The notes: generated by a model not told the origin, from the sequence alone. A stretch of DNA of 62,268 nt, filler included, from Rhabdomonas costata (GCA_019059605.1; 26 parts of 26 records of this genome joined end to end with filler, not necessarily neighbours in it), one strand, 5' to 3'. Shown: positions 1 to 13,045, numbered from the whole stretch's first letter. Program-made: numbers and translations.

Positions 1-19
1 GTTGTGGGTGCAAAGACAC

Positions 20-1045
20 CTAGGTAAGCCGAGGCCCCAAAGACCAGTGGGATATAGCGGCTCGAGCACCCTAAGGGGCAGGAGCAACATCGGAGTGTGA
101 CACCTGGTAGCCGCGGGTTGCTTACAATCCACTTTGCGCACATCCTGAAAAAACCTCGGCGTTGACAGGCAGTACCAGGGACTTGTACCAATGGGGCGCC
201 TTGGGAAAATGAACGCAGAGAAATCAACCAGCGATCCGCAACGTTTACAAATATTTTGGTCGAGACTTTCGATCGAATTCGCAAAGCGCCGCGGGCTCGA
301 TATTGGCGCGGAGAACTGGGAGAGACCCAAAAGACCTCAGCGCGAAGATGAAGCGCAGAGGCAAAGAACTACATGCACAAACCAAGAATTGCGGTAAACA
401 GAAGGAAAAGTCATGGTGGGAAATCCCTCCCCCCGGTGGTTTCATTCCTTCCTTAATACCTTGGTTCGGCAACGGAATGAAAAGCCCAAAACAGCAGGCT
501 TCCACGACCTTCCGCGCCGCGTCGAGGGTGTTCAGGTTGTCGTGGACCAACCCCCGCGGTGCCGAAACCAATCCAACAGTGATTTCTCACAATCACCGGG
601 GCTCAATAGCGCAAGGGGCGTGTCAAAATCCGTGTTGACCAAAGAGGTTTGCCAAAGCATTCGCCGTCCCTCCCTTTCGCGGTCCCGACGCCTTTCAAAA
701 TCGAGAAAGAGACAACACTCCGGTGGAGCGGTTGGAGCGAGACAGCGTATGGAGAAATTCACAGCCTGCGCTTGTTGTGTGGAAAGCCCTGACTAAGTTA
801 CTGCGTGCTTTCGATTTCTCTTTGAGAGGCTTGACTGAATGCTGCAATTCTTTCCCGTGTTGCTCAAGACGGAATTGAGAAAGGCGCAACTCTCAGAACC
901 GTTATGACATGCATAAGGTGTTTTGGACGGAAAGCTAGATCTGGAAAGATTTCGTAAAGAAGTTATGCAAATATTGAATGTGGGTTTTTCAACGGAATTC
1001 CAAGGGGATCGCAGCTCTGGAGAAGATATCGTCCAAGGACGAAGG
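20..1045 (-). mobile_element. Possible highly degenerate non-LTR retrotransposon fragment (CRE/RLE-like region upstream of RT)
   Basis: Peptides scattered across frames and broken by stops and frameshifts: SLDDIFSRAAIP (~1000-1040), LRSF..G / PIGTSP (~175-220), PLVFGASAYL (~20-50). Their order matches my recollection of the pre-RT region of CRE-clade elements. No RT core is present. Confidence 0.22.
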
Positions 1046-2302
1046 TCATACAGAGAATAAGGAGGTCAAAAACTTGGTTGCTATGCTCGAGGGGTAGAGG
1101 ATGTAGAGGCAGTTTTAGAAGAGCTGAATGAGTGGAGACAGGTTGCCCGCGTGAATCCATATCTGATTGATTCTGATTGGAGTTGCTCTCATCTTGGAGG
1201 ACCACACGTTGTTGACGTATGTGGTGAAGGTGGTAGGGGAGTTGGAGGTGGAGCTTTCACCATTGGGACATGATCTGGAACAAATAGAGTCTTTGTTGAA
1301 TTAGTTTTTGATGAGGAGTATTTAGGCCAGATAGTTGCTTTCACAGTTTCCCGACACAAGAAAATGTGTGACGTATGTGCCCCCAGTCCACAAACCACCT
1401 CCACAGTGCCATGGAAGATATCTTGTAGGTCTAGTAGGTCCCTCAACGACGAATGTTCCACAGCAAGGGGCGTGGACTGCAGTGACTGGAGTGGCAATGG
1501 CCACACCATCCACATCCACAGCGAGTTTCCCCAGATCAGCCCCGACCCCTAAACCACCGTTGAAGCAGTATTCAGTGCTGGATACACGGCGTGAGCGTGA
1601 AGAGCGTCACACATGGTCAGTAGCTAAGCCGCAAAAACAGCCCAAGCCACAACACATACAGGCACATTCGTTTGAGGAAACTTCCACAAGGAAGGTGCCA
1701 CCTCCACCTACGTTTATGGAAGCGCTTCGGCATATGTACGTAAGGTGGTGGTGTGCAATTTAGAGGAAAAATAGTGGCAAGAGTATGCCAGATGTGTGGT
1801 TTCCATACTGTGGAGCAGTCAGTTCACCCGCGGATTCCCAGCCAGGAAATTCACAGTCGTCAATACCAGTGTCCACGGGAACCAGACTTCCAGCTCCAAA
1901 CCCAGTGCCATCAGGAAGATCTTCCAGTGATGCTAGCACCAAAGAGAGACCTTCGGCAGTTCCAGAGCTGTATCATTTGTTGGCAGAGAGAGACAGTAGA
2001 CCTGTTCCAGATGGAGCTTTGCCTAGGACCAAGGATGCAGAGTACTGGGAGTCGTTGCGTTAGTTAACACCTGGAGACATTTTGTCCGAAAGAGCCCCGA
2101 TTTAGCCATACCGGTATCATATCCCTCCACAGACCTGAGAAGAATTTCATAGGTCTCCAATCGTTGAAGACACGTCCACATAAAGCAATGGATTACAAGA
2201 CGAAATCATTTTTGAGAAGAGAGCAGACGGAACAGGAGTTCCCGGCAGAGGTTGACTCTGAGTCGTTTTTAGCCACAGCGTTTGAGCTGATGACCCTGTT
2301 GG

Positions 2303-2402
2303 NNNNNNNNNNNNNNNNNNNNNNNNNNNNNNNNNNNNNNNNNNNNTTAATTAATTAANNNNNNNNNNNNNNNNNNNNNNNNNNNNNNNNNNNNNNNNNN
2401 NN
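2303..2402. other. Artificial contig spacer; first of 25 identical spacers
   Basis: 44 N + TTAATTAATTAA (stops in all six frames) + 44 N, recurring about every 2.4 kb (e.g. 4705-4804, 7104-7203 ... 59879-59978). The contigs between spacers are 2290-2303 nt. Confidence 0.98.
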
Positions 2403-4365
2403 TTTGTTTGGTCAGCAGGTCAGTCTAGTGCTGGTTCAGCAGAAGCCTCTTGCTGAGATATGGATGGGCTGACGGGTGAGAAACCATTGTAAGGGCAGAG
2501 TGGGCGCACCCCCGAAGCTACACCAGAAGGCCTAACCCGAAGACATTTCCAGCACAGCAAACAGAGGAACCGAAGTCCAAACCATGACATGCAAACCCAA
2601 GCCACAAAGACACCGCACAAGCCCACGCAAGCACCACCAAAGCACATTCAACACGAGTAGCAGCACAAACTATAGCGAAGGAACTCAAAGCAACAACGGT
2701 ACAACGAATGCCACACCACAACCACGCGAAACCAGCACACTCACCAACACCCACACCACACTGACTCTCGACTGCCACAAATACAGCCCCGGTGATTTCA
2801 GAACATGCCAACATCGTCAACCAAACCCCCAACGCACACATGCATGCACACATCGAACACTAGCCCAAATACAGCCCCACATATGCACACGCACACTCCT
2901 ACCCCAACCCCTGCACGGTAAACCCGAAACAATAAACGCGAACCAGACCCATAGAGACCATCCGTGGAATCAAAAACCAAGATACCTGATAATGCGTGCT
3001 GATAGAATATGCACTCATTGGTAAGAGGAAGACACGATAAAGGACTCAAACGACCACGAATCCGCTCCATAACCACGCATGCAACAAGAAGGCCAACCAC
3101 ATATCAGAGAAGCGAACACGTAACCACAAATGCCTAGAATTCCAAGAGATCCCCGAATGCAAGACGAACCAACCCACACCACAACACAAACCGAACCAAG
3201 GAAACGTAAATCCCACGCCAACATCGACTCCTAACCACTGACCAACGAAGACCGTAACTCCTACGCGTAGAACATTTAAGCAATTTTGTCAGATGTTTAT
3301 ATTGCCACTTCCTTCCAGGTGCAGCCGGTCTCAAAAACATAGTAAAAGTGGAGTACGCGAAGCCTTCTTTCTCACTCTCTCTAGCTCGCTTTCTCGCTCG
3401 TCCTTTTAACTTTGAGGTAACAGTTCACCACTGGATCCACCGTTGTTGAGCGTACCAGCCAGAACGACGTTTGGAGACCTCTTATTGAGTACCCTCTTTG
3501 AACGACTACAACGCCAAGGTCAATGTGGAGCAATATATGATGAGACAAAACTCGAAATAGAAAAGGACTTTAAATGTACAATAATTCTGTATCTCGTTCC
3601 CGAAAAAGCGCAGGGCCAGGAAGGACATACTACCACCATAGTTTCCGATCCAACATTGAACGTACGGAAAATCATCAGCTTTCATCAGCTTTCATCAGTG
3701 TGTTGTCAGGATTTTATCATGAGACAAACCCCATGTCATCAGGACAAAAAGTTTTGTTTGCCCAAAAAAAGATCTCAGATACAATCTTTTTTATTGGTGC
3801 CGAATAGTTTGTGAAATAGGGTCGCCAAGGGCCAAGTGTGAATTATTTTCCAGTGATTTCCACTTTTTAAATCGAGTTCTGTCAATAAAAGAAGAGTACT
3901 GTGACGGTGCTGGCACGCGCTGGAAACAACGCCGCCCAAGTAAGGCTGGGTGATGAAGAGAAATAAAGGTCCCGAAGAATCACAAATATGTGGCAAATGT
4001 ATTATGGGCCTGCTTTGACTAGATGCGAACCGGTAGGTCGCAGCCTGCACATCTTTAATCATGGGTTTTAAACGCTACCACTGATAAACAAACTTCTGCT
4101 GAAGTTCTCTATATGTGCAACATTCCATTAGCATCATTTGATTTGGTTGACTATTTTCTCTCCTACGACGTTTCTGTCCACATGGAACTCGCTGGCACAA
4201 TCCGCTGACACGCACACACACATCTTCTCTTTGTCTTCATAATTATTCAGGTTTTGTGCACAGTAACATGTGTTTTATTGCCTGATCACTAAATTTTGGA
4301 TTTCTATCAATCACAAGCTCTGGTGCGCGGAAAAGGTTTTATTCCGCCATAAATTACATACTGAA

Positions 4366-4520
4366 ATGATGGTTAAATTTGCTCATCTGGAGGCTGATTC
4401 TCAGGTGGTGCCGCAGCGTGATGACGCCTTGGCTAAGCAGTTCTCACACTGGGCAATTGATGAGTACACCACAATACAATTACGATGAACAGCTGTGCAA
4501 AAATAGTGGCTCCTGGATCA
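4366..4520 (+). pseudogene. Possible degenerate RNase H (RVT_3-like) remnant
   Basis: HLEADSQVV..LAKQFSHWAI, then after a frameshift PQYNYDEQLCKN; resembles RNase HI motifs EgDSqlVv and pR..N..AD.L. Short and broken. Confidence 0.22.
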
Positions 4521-4872
4521 TGACACGGCGGAAATCATATATTTCTAGTGGCTGCCTGTGAGTGCATTCACAAATTTCTTCGTCGGCATTGCATCTGTCT
4601 TGTTGTTTGCGCAACAGGAAAATTTACTAATCAAGTAACACACCAAAATGTAAGAAAATAGTCCGCAAAGAATGCCAATATCAAGTTTTCATAGAGCCAA
4701 GGCCNNNNNNNNNNNNNNNNNNNNNNNNNNNNNNNNNNNNNNNNNNNNTTAATTAATTAANNNNNNNNNNNNNNNNNNNNNNNNNNNNNNNNNNNNNNNN
4801 NNNNGATGTTCCCTGCGGCCCTCCGCGTCCCAAGATTTTAGGTTTTTACGGGGGGAAAGATTTATTTCAATT

Positions 4873-5018
4873 ATGGGGTATTATAGCCATTATACTAAAT
4901 ATCAATATACTATAATGATACTATCCTAAAAAAATTTTATGAATAATACCACTATACGGGCTATATAATACCATTATAGTATAATGATATTATAGTATAA
5001 TGGCAAAAAATACCCCAT
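4873..5018. repeat. AT-rich imperfect inverted repeat (MITE/foldback-like), arms about 50 nt
   Basis: Left arm atggggtattatagccattatactaaatatcaatatactataatg (from 4873) pairs with right arm cattatagtataatgatattatagtataatggcaaaaaataccccat (to 5018), with few mismatches. Confidence 0.75.
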
Positions 5019-5448
5019 TATACGGGCACCTCCCTCCCAAGTATCATTTCGCCAGAAAGAGTGAGGTTTCCAAGCTGCCCAAGTCCCCTCAACCCGAGGC
5101 TCCCCAAGCAAACAAACACAAAAAGATGGAGCGAATGAGGCTCTGTGGTTGGCACCGCAACACACTGCCACAAACTGTTCCGCTCGAGTTGGCTTTATTT
5201 TAGTTTTTATTTTTAGTTTGTTGCGCTTAAGTCTTTCCTCGTAAACCACGGCATAGCGATTTTCCGCACCCCAGACTTCTGGAATGTTTTAGGGATACAA
5301 ACGCAATACAAAGCGAGCGCAGTATATTGGTAATGGTGAGGAAGTGCAATGAGGGGCGGGCCTGTGCCAATGCACGACCAGATTCCGAATGGCCCTTCGG
5401 ATCAGTTAGAAAGCACACCTACACGATAAACAAAAGCAGTACACAGAC

Positions 5449-6680
5449 CTGTCTCCCCCTCTTGCAGAAGGCCAACGCCCAGGCCAATGCAGGGCCCGCA
5501 CCCCGCAGGCAGCACCTTCGCCCCGGCGTTCAAGAGGACCTGAAAAGGTCGGCACACGCAAGAGATGCGCATCCAAAGAGTGGGTATGGCCCGGTCTCCT
5601 AATTTCTAAGTTTGGAAGACTGGTAGCAAAGAAGGGGGCCAAGCAGTGCTTGGAAGGGGGGAATTGATGCTCCAAACAGTTCTTGGTTGTGCAAATTCAG
5701 CGTTTGTGCAAACAAAAAAACGGAGAGGCTCAAAACTGAAGCCTCCCAGAAGAACCCTACAAGTGATCGTTCCCGAACTTCGCCAGGGTTGCGTTCTCGC
5801 GTTGGGTGGGAGAAAGGAGGGGGGGGGAACCTGCCAGTCTCCGCGCTGCTCAGCCTCTCGCTGCACCTCGCTGGATGCGGGCGCGACGTAGAACTCGACA
5901 CCCGAGGCCACCTTCTTTCCCTTGAGGACCTGTGCGTAGGTAACAAAAGTGGCCACGTGAACGCCCCTCTTCACATCGCAAATCTCCCGAATCAGCACCA
6001 CAAAAACCGTGTATATATCTGATAGGAGATTACGGCACCGTCAAAAGAAAAGAACTATAAAAAAGACCAGCTGTTGCATTTAGTTTGAGAAAAGCGGTAA
6101 CTCAGTATTTCGGTCCTTGCGAATCAGCAAAACTGCAATCTCACTCCGTCACGCTCTCAGTGCGGCAGGCAGTCTACCGTGCAAGCCGAAAATGCCCCAA
6201 ACTGTCCTCCCTTTTCGCCGAAGGTAGAAACCTCAGAAACATCAACAATGTGCAGGCGCAAGAGAACAGCGCCCACACTACTCCTCTCCTCAAGCAAACC
6301 TTGGCTGCTGCAGCCAAGTCCGACGCACGGCCGTTCGTGCACGAGAGCAAATAAGCCTGCAAAAACATACAAAGCAACTCCCCCCCCCCCGGTAAGACTA
6401 TTTCACGGATTGAAGACAAACAAAACCTTCAATCGATGTAACATGTGTGCTGCGCAGAAAAGCTATGGAACCTTCCGGGAGCACGTCGTTCCCAGTGCAA
6501 CCCATCCTTTCAGCACGCTCCAGGCGGGCTGGAAGCTTTTCAGAGTTCAGTGTTGTGGATTGGCGTCCCAAAGTGAAGTCACAATGACCTTCTGAATGGG
6601 CACCCGCGAGCCCTCAACTGGTGTCTCTGTGACCTCAACGGCCTTCTTCACCGTGTTCGGCCCCGAAACTTGAGCGCGAA
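5449..6680 (-). CDS. LYS4: Homoaconitase (aconitase family, alpha-aminoadipate lysine pathway), internal fragment of 4 exons
   Basis: Phase-consistent GT-AG exons: 6680-6589 ([12 protein letters not shown]), 6356-6300 ([19 protein letters not shown]), 5929-5831 ([33 protein letters not shown]), 5539-5449 ([25 protein letters not shown]). All three 4Fe-4S Cys ligands are present (SCTN; CGPCIG) with LYS4-type wording. Confidence 0.9.
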
Positions 6681-9600
6681 CTGCACACAAAACAAACGAG
6701 CAAATGAGAGATATTGTGTGCGGATGTGTGTTGCCGTGCCGCACGTGGCATAAGCGGACTCATGCACATGCTACGAAAAGAACCACGGGTTTGCAGCCAG
6801 GTGTTCAACCTACCGCAAGCATTTGGCCGGGGTCAATGCCCGGTCTATGGTAGCCAAAACCAATGTAATGTACAGGTATACTGGATCAAATTGAAGCTTC
6901 CACCAGCGGATAACTCTTGAATAAAACTTCTGTCTTGACGAACGGCGCCGATCATCCCTAATTTGCAAGCAAAAAGATGTCGCTGACATTGCTAAACTTT
7001 GATGGGGTAAACATCTCATGTGCTCGCCCCCACCGCTGTGTGTTAGCCAGCTCCCAACCCGCCGACCTTTGGGCTTTTAAAGCACGACACAGATAAAAAT
7101 CCTNNNNNNNNNNNNNNNNNNNNNNNNNNNNNNNNNNNNNNNNNNNNTTAATTAATTAANNNNNNNNNNNNNNNNNNNNNNNNNNNNNNNNNNNNNNNNN
7201 NNNGTTGGTTGTCTCGCTCTTCCTCGTTTACGGACCTTATCCTATTGTTTTTGGCCTGGTATTCTATTTGGCGCATCACATGATTAATAATACCGACACA
7301 ATGGGGGAAACGTGCCACCCGATGCCACCAGCGATGTTCTGACTCAAGTGTGGCAATGGGCACCACAATGGCCGGAATCAGGCCGGTTTGCGACCCCTCC
7401 GACATTCGGGGTTTACTTTGGAAGAATTTGTAGAAACAGTACTGGTTGGAACTACGTTTTCAAGTCTTTGACCACATACAAACTGCTTCAACATCCAAAA
7501 AAAATGCGCTTGCAAGTGGGGGGGTGGATGAAACTCTGGTAACTTGGTGGCCTCAACCAGCAGGTTGGTACCCTGCGATCTCCAACCTGTTGTTTCCGTT
7601 TTTGTCTACACTATGATACTTACTGTAAAGGCAAGCAGAGCAAGTTTTTATTTCTTTTATTGTGGTCAATTCTAGTGGTTTGTGTAATAATTATTCGGTG
7701 AGTGTGGGAAATTGGTTATTTGCATCCATGTTTTACGCTTTCAAATTTCGAAACACAAAAACATAGTCAACACTTTATACTCTGGGCTTTTAACAACAAC
7801 ACACCACCGGATGCAGCTGATGACAACGTGCATAAATTTAGGCTGCAAAAACCTCTGTTTAAAATGTAGCCATGTTACCAGACTTATTAGTGATGAAACA
7901 AATGGCTCCAATATCAAAGCATTCTCAAATATATGGGCAATATTTTGGAGTTGGATACAGTTCGCGGCATCTTTATATTTTTCAATCAACCATGGCGTCA
8001 GATTATACCCCATCCTACATGGTAACAAGCCACCCGTTCCAGAAGCGTTGGTAAACATTCGTCACATGGCTAATAAGTCACTGAAACGCTGACTGTAAGC
8101 AACAAATACTTAAAACATTTCAACGGGTGGTGCACATTTTTGCAAAAAGACGCCCTTGATACAGCAACCTATTGAGCTTCCTCAACTGCGGTCCCGTCGT
8201 CATAATAATAACAACGTGGCTCTCGGGCACTCTCAAAACATCTAGTAAAATTCACTAAGATGTCTACAGAGCACAAAAATGACAGAACGTATCGGGGAAG
8301 TTGTGGAGCGCCATGAACACGGCGCCAATTGTGCACACAACTGTACACATTTCCAGCCACTCTGCTCATTACACCAATGCGCGCAGCACTCACGCGACTA
8401 CAACCATGATAACACAAAGGAGATTTAGTTTCGTGACCACCACATGTCTGAACACCTCAATGCCACCGCGCTGACACCACAGCAGCTGTTTTACCATGTG
8501 TGACCTCATGTTACGTTTGTATTTACCAATATATCTTTTAGACGTGCGCTGTGGTTCTACCTAGGCAGAGGAAATTGCTGGGGGGGGCAAGCACCCCGGA
8601 CCCCCCACATACTCGCCTTCTACCATAGGCATCGCATTCTAACCACCTGCTAAGTAAATACCCAAATCCAAAGGAATTGGGAGTAAAGCATGATGGTGAT
8701 GGTGTGGTGCCTTAATTTCCCTCAGGTCACATGTGGGGGTGGTGTCTCAGCCAAACTGCTGTAGTGGGGTGCCATGGCCGAACTAGAACCGGACAATAAT
8801 ACTTTATATTGTTGCTATTTTACAAAAACAACTCCAAGTCGTGAGGTACACAATCCAGCATTAACCACAATAAAATCGGATAAAGCCAAGCAAAATTTGT
8901 AAAACTTAGGCCTATTTAAATCGAGTGTTTTTTCACATTGAGATGTGAGCTGAAGCTCGAAATACCTTGAACTCTTGCTTGCAGCTACTGTACGTGACAT
9001 TGGTGACGTTGTTGAACGTATGACCATGTCGCGTTTTGATTTTGGCAGATTGTTTCAATCCATTGAAATTGACTGCCATTGCCATATTGGCATCTCCGGC
9101 TGCTACATCTGGCCTCGCGGAAGGTGATGCTAATACGCTGCCTGCTGGCATGCATCGTCGCATAAGCCCCGGAGATGATCAGTGCAATACAGCCGGCTGA
9201 AGAGACACACAATTGATGCTACCATGGCATTCAACTGGCAGGTAGTTACTGAAAAATATCTCCCTGGATATGTAGTTTGGCCACAATGATGCGGTAGTGC
9301 TCCAAATGCTGCCATTGTGGAAGCATATTTGATCCCTTGGTGTCTCAGAGTCCTCAAAAAACAACTTCCTCCTGATCAGATGGTCATTCAGGTAGTCCTG
9401 TAAATTGGAATGATTTTCGCAGCCAACGCGGCTAAAAGCAGACTTTTTTGTCACATAGAGAACATGAAACCTTTCCGCAGCAGGCAAACTCAGTGCGGAT
9501 AGGTTNNNNNNNNNNNNNNNNNNNNNNNNNNNNNNNNNNNNNNNNNNNNTTAATTAATTAANNNNNNNNNNNNNNNNNNNNNNNNNNNNNNNNNNNNNNN

Positions 9601-9779
9601 NNNNNTTTTGTGGTCTGCTGAGCTCTGGCTTGCCGTGTACTTCTTTTCTGGGGATTGTAGTGGAGGAAAAACCGAACTAGCGAGGCGATTTTTTTTGCTC
9701 CCTTTCCTGTATTGCTTTTCCCTTTTCGATGGTGCTTCTTGTTTGGTTTGTGAATGGGAGCGGCACCCCTCTGCTACAG

Positions 9780-11798
9780 CTTTTGAGCTGCGCTCCGTGC
9801 CCCTCCCCTTATGTCCGGGGATTCTGGTTGTGGATGCTGGGAAGGCGTGGGGTCTCGGAATGCCATGGGAGGTCACCCAAATAGCTCCATCCTTGCCTCT
9901 GCGCGTGGCAAATGTGCTGAATAAGCACCCTAAGCTTGTGAAAACGCAATTCGAAAATGTGAAAACATGTCTGACTTTGTAATTTATGTAAGAAAAAAGG
10001 AAAAGGAAAAACCTTCTTCCAGGGATCTCCGTTGAGCAGCGCGGCTCGTTCGCGCCGTGACACTTTTGCAGGGCGATTTTGCCAGAACGAGAGGTTCTTT
10101 CGACTTCTGGAAACAAAAAGTACCAATGATATGGGCGATTTTTTATCAGAGAGAGTGCCGAAAAACAGGTACAATGGGATGACATGTCATCCCCTGGTTT
10201 TGTTACGCCAATGTCACCTTACTGCGACACCACGCGCACCCACGCATACGCACGCAAAAAAAAGGTCCGCTATTCTTTCGACTTGTGGTGGTAATTTCTT
10301 TTCTCTCCTTGTGTGCCTCAGAGGGTGAGGGTGTGTGGGGGGTGGGGTCAAGAACCACCGCAAGGAAGAAAGGTGGAAGTGTCTCGGGGAAGGGAGATTA
10401 AGTATAAAAGGGAGGGTTTCTGCGCAGATGAGTCTGCTTGAAGCCGAGCTGAGCTGCGCAGGTGCCTCTTTCCTCCCGCTGCCGTTGCCTTTTTCTTTTC
10501 TGTGTGCAATCTCTCACTGTTGTTTTTTGTTTTTGTGGAAGTGGAAATGGGCACAAGCCAAAAAGTGCAGCCAAAAGAAAGGACGATATACTAGGTTTGG
10601 TGCAGCAGACAATCCACGTGGAGTATGCCGACAACGCTCTGCACAGAGCGAGATGGCCTCCAATCATGGGAGATGGGGCCGTGCGTGTTCACGAGGTCGA
10701 CAATCACTTCTTTCTTTTGATTGCTATTGTGAACGTCCTCCTCCTTCCGGGGATTCTGTGTGTTAGGTTAGTGTTGGCTTGTAATTCTGAGATGAACGGC
10801 GGCGGTCGTGGCGGTTGATTAGACTCAGGTTTTGCGATCGGCAGCGCCCATCGCACTGTAACTCGCCGTGTACGCAAGGACGTTTATCAGTAATCGAAAT
10901 AGCAAAGCAGTACACATGTCGATCTTCTGGGCGGACCTTTGCACTCTTGTCACCACTCGCGGGTGACACCTCCTTTTCCTTGCGGTCGGTGGATGGGGGG
11001 GGGGGCAGTGGTCGAGCCGTCCCCGAAGAAGGCTCGGGTAGACACTCCGGTCGCCATCGCCGCCGCTGCTGCTGCAGCAGCCACTCTGGAGCCTCCCGGC
11101 TGCTGTGATGGCCCAGCCCCCTGCTTGACTGGCAGCAGTGGTGGTATTGGGGACAGCTCCCTGAGGACCGAGACACACACTCCTTCTGTGGATGGATCCT
11201 CATCCGTGAAGGCCTGCGGCAGCAATAGTAACACCAGCACTAGCACTAACTCCAGCTGCAGCAGCTCTGAGTGCTGTGGGAACGGTGGCGGGGCCCAAAG
11301 GGATGGCTGCTGCTGCGTCGAGCAGGCCGCAGGGGATGTGGGAAGGAAGGAGGCCAGGGTGGAGCCGCAGGAGGAGCCCTGGGTGGGCGGGGAGGAGGTG
11401 TTCTTCTTCAGCCTCAGGCTGGGCCGTGTGACATTCTTCACGGCACCACACAAACTGTTGAAGCGCACGAGCGTGGTGCACACAGGGCTCAGTTTTCCTC
11501 GGCTACTGTCCTTCAGAAGGAAATGGGTGAGATCAGAAGACCTTCCCGTTTCCTCCAGAAAGAGGGACAACCTTTCCCTGAAGAATGGAAAAACCTAGAA
11601 CCACCTGATGAACCTGATGACCCAATAGAAAACCACACATGATTACCCAGCGACGCACACAGATGCGCGAAAAGACAGGGATGCCTGCAGGGAGCGGTGG
11701 CGGTTGGTCTGGAGGTGGGCGACGGCTTTCTCTGGGGTCCCCGTGACCCCGGGCTGCCCCCCGGGGATGCCGTACTTGCACAAAAATGCGGCCAACAG
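9780..11798 (+). CDS. Hypothetical spliced protein fragment; exon structure unresolved
   Basis: Several GC-rich blocks bounded by AG/GT, and an Ala/Ser-rich ORF (10939-11598) with NLS-like PSPKKARV. Phases could not be fully reconciled. Confidence 0.3.
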
Positions 11799-12966
11799 GG
11801 TTCCTGTCCTGCCCTCACCAGCGTGGCAGTGCACCACAGCCAGGGAACCCTGAAAGACGGAGGACATAGGACCCCCTCCCCTCTCCATTTTACGCCACAA
11901 ACCCCNNNNNNNNNNNNNNNNNNNNNNNNNNNNNNNNNNNNNNNNNNNNTTAATTAATTAANNNNNNNNNNNNNNNNNNNNNNNNNNNNNNNNNNNNNNN
12001 NNNNNGGGTTGTGGGTAGGTGTTGCGAAGCACGCCCCTGCCGGTGGGAATGGGGGGTGTTCCTCCCCTTCTGTGGGTTGCTGTAAACGAGCCCCAGAGTA
12101 CGGCATACGGCTTGTTTAGGAATTAAGAGGTTGCGGGGGAAACACCCAAGAAATCCGTCGAAAAATACACTGTCTGTACTCAAAAGACGGCCCATGTTTT
12201 TGGAAGGAATTTTTTGTCTCTTCAACTCCCGCGGGAGGGCGCACATACGCTGAGTGACAGCCCTTCCGCCAACCAACAGCTCATGCACCGCTGCCAGCAC
12301 TTGCCAGGCTGAAAAACAAACCATCAAGATTGTCACCGCCCCCATGAGCGCAACAGAGCTCAAAACCCAAAGCAAAAGAAGATGTACTCTGGCAATAAGT
12401 CTTCCTAGAGGTCAAAGATTTGAGGCATCTCTGGACATATTGAGGCTCTCCATCCTGGAGTTGTGTCACCTGTTGGGAAAACAGCTGCATGCATACTTTT
12501 TTAATGCAAACCAACATTTGCATTAAAAAAGGCCCTCACAAACATTATGCGAACCCTCTGAAAGCAGTGATCTTCATGCTTTTGCAGCTGACGAAGGAAG
12601 TCCAGAACCTAAAGAAAAGATAACAGGCCACTCTAATGGAGAGCAACGCGGGGTTCAGAAACTCGGGAAGAGCACTAGTTTCCAGACCAACAATTTCAAA
12701 GAGGAAGGAGCTCCCGTCTCAGAATTTGTATAGTGGCCACTTCGACTTTCATTTCCATTTGGGTAGGTGGGTGACGTGGACGCAAAAAACGCACCAAGGA
12801 TTCAATGCGTTCAGCAACGATGTCAGGTGAACTCGAAGAAATTGGTTCTGAAACAAGGGAATGAGACTGCGAAGAGCTTTTTGCCGAAATCGCAAACATG
12901 GCTGCACAGAACTCAAAGTTCACTGTGGGGGTGCACAAATATCAACATATCAAATATAAATTCAGA

Positions 12967-13045
12967 TCAAGTCAATTCAAGTCAAGTCAAGTCAAGTCAA
13001 TGTCAATGTCAATGTCAATGTCAATGTCAATGTCAATGTCAATGT
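12967..13045 (+). repeat. Compound microsatellite (TCAAG)n followed by (TGTCAA)7
   Basis: Directly visible tandem units. Confidence 0.95.

Noticed and set aside
3241..3290. ACCAACGA.. resembling the start of a euglenozoan spliced-leader exon
   Set aside because: The match stops after 8 nt, with no conserved leader 3' half or donor. No SL RNA, tRNA or rRNA gene was recognised in the window.
7204..9505. Short ORFs in this AT-richer contig, including a YYYDDG..VEE peptide reminiscent of a USP His-box tail
   Set aside because: No catalytic His motif, no coherent exon chain and many stops; cannot be supported.
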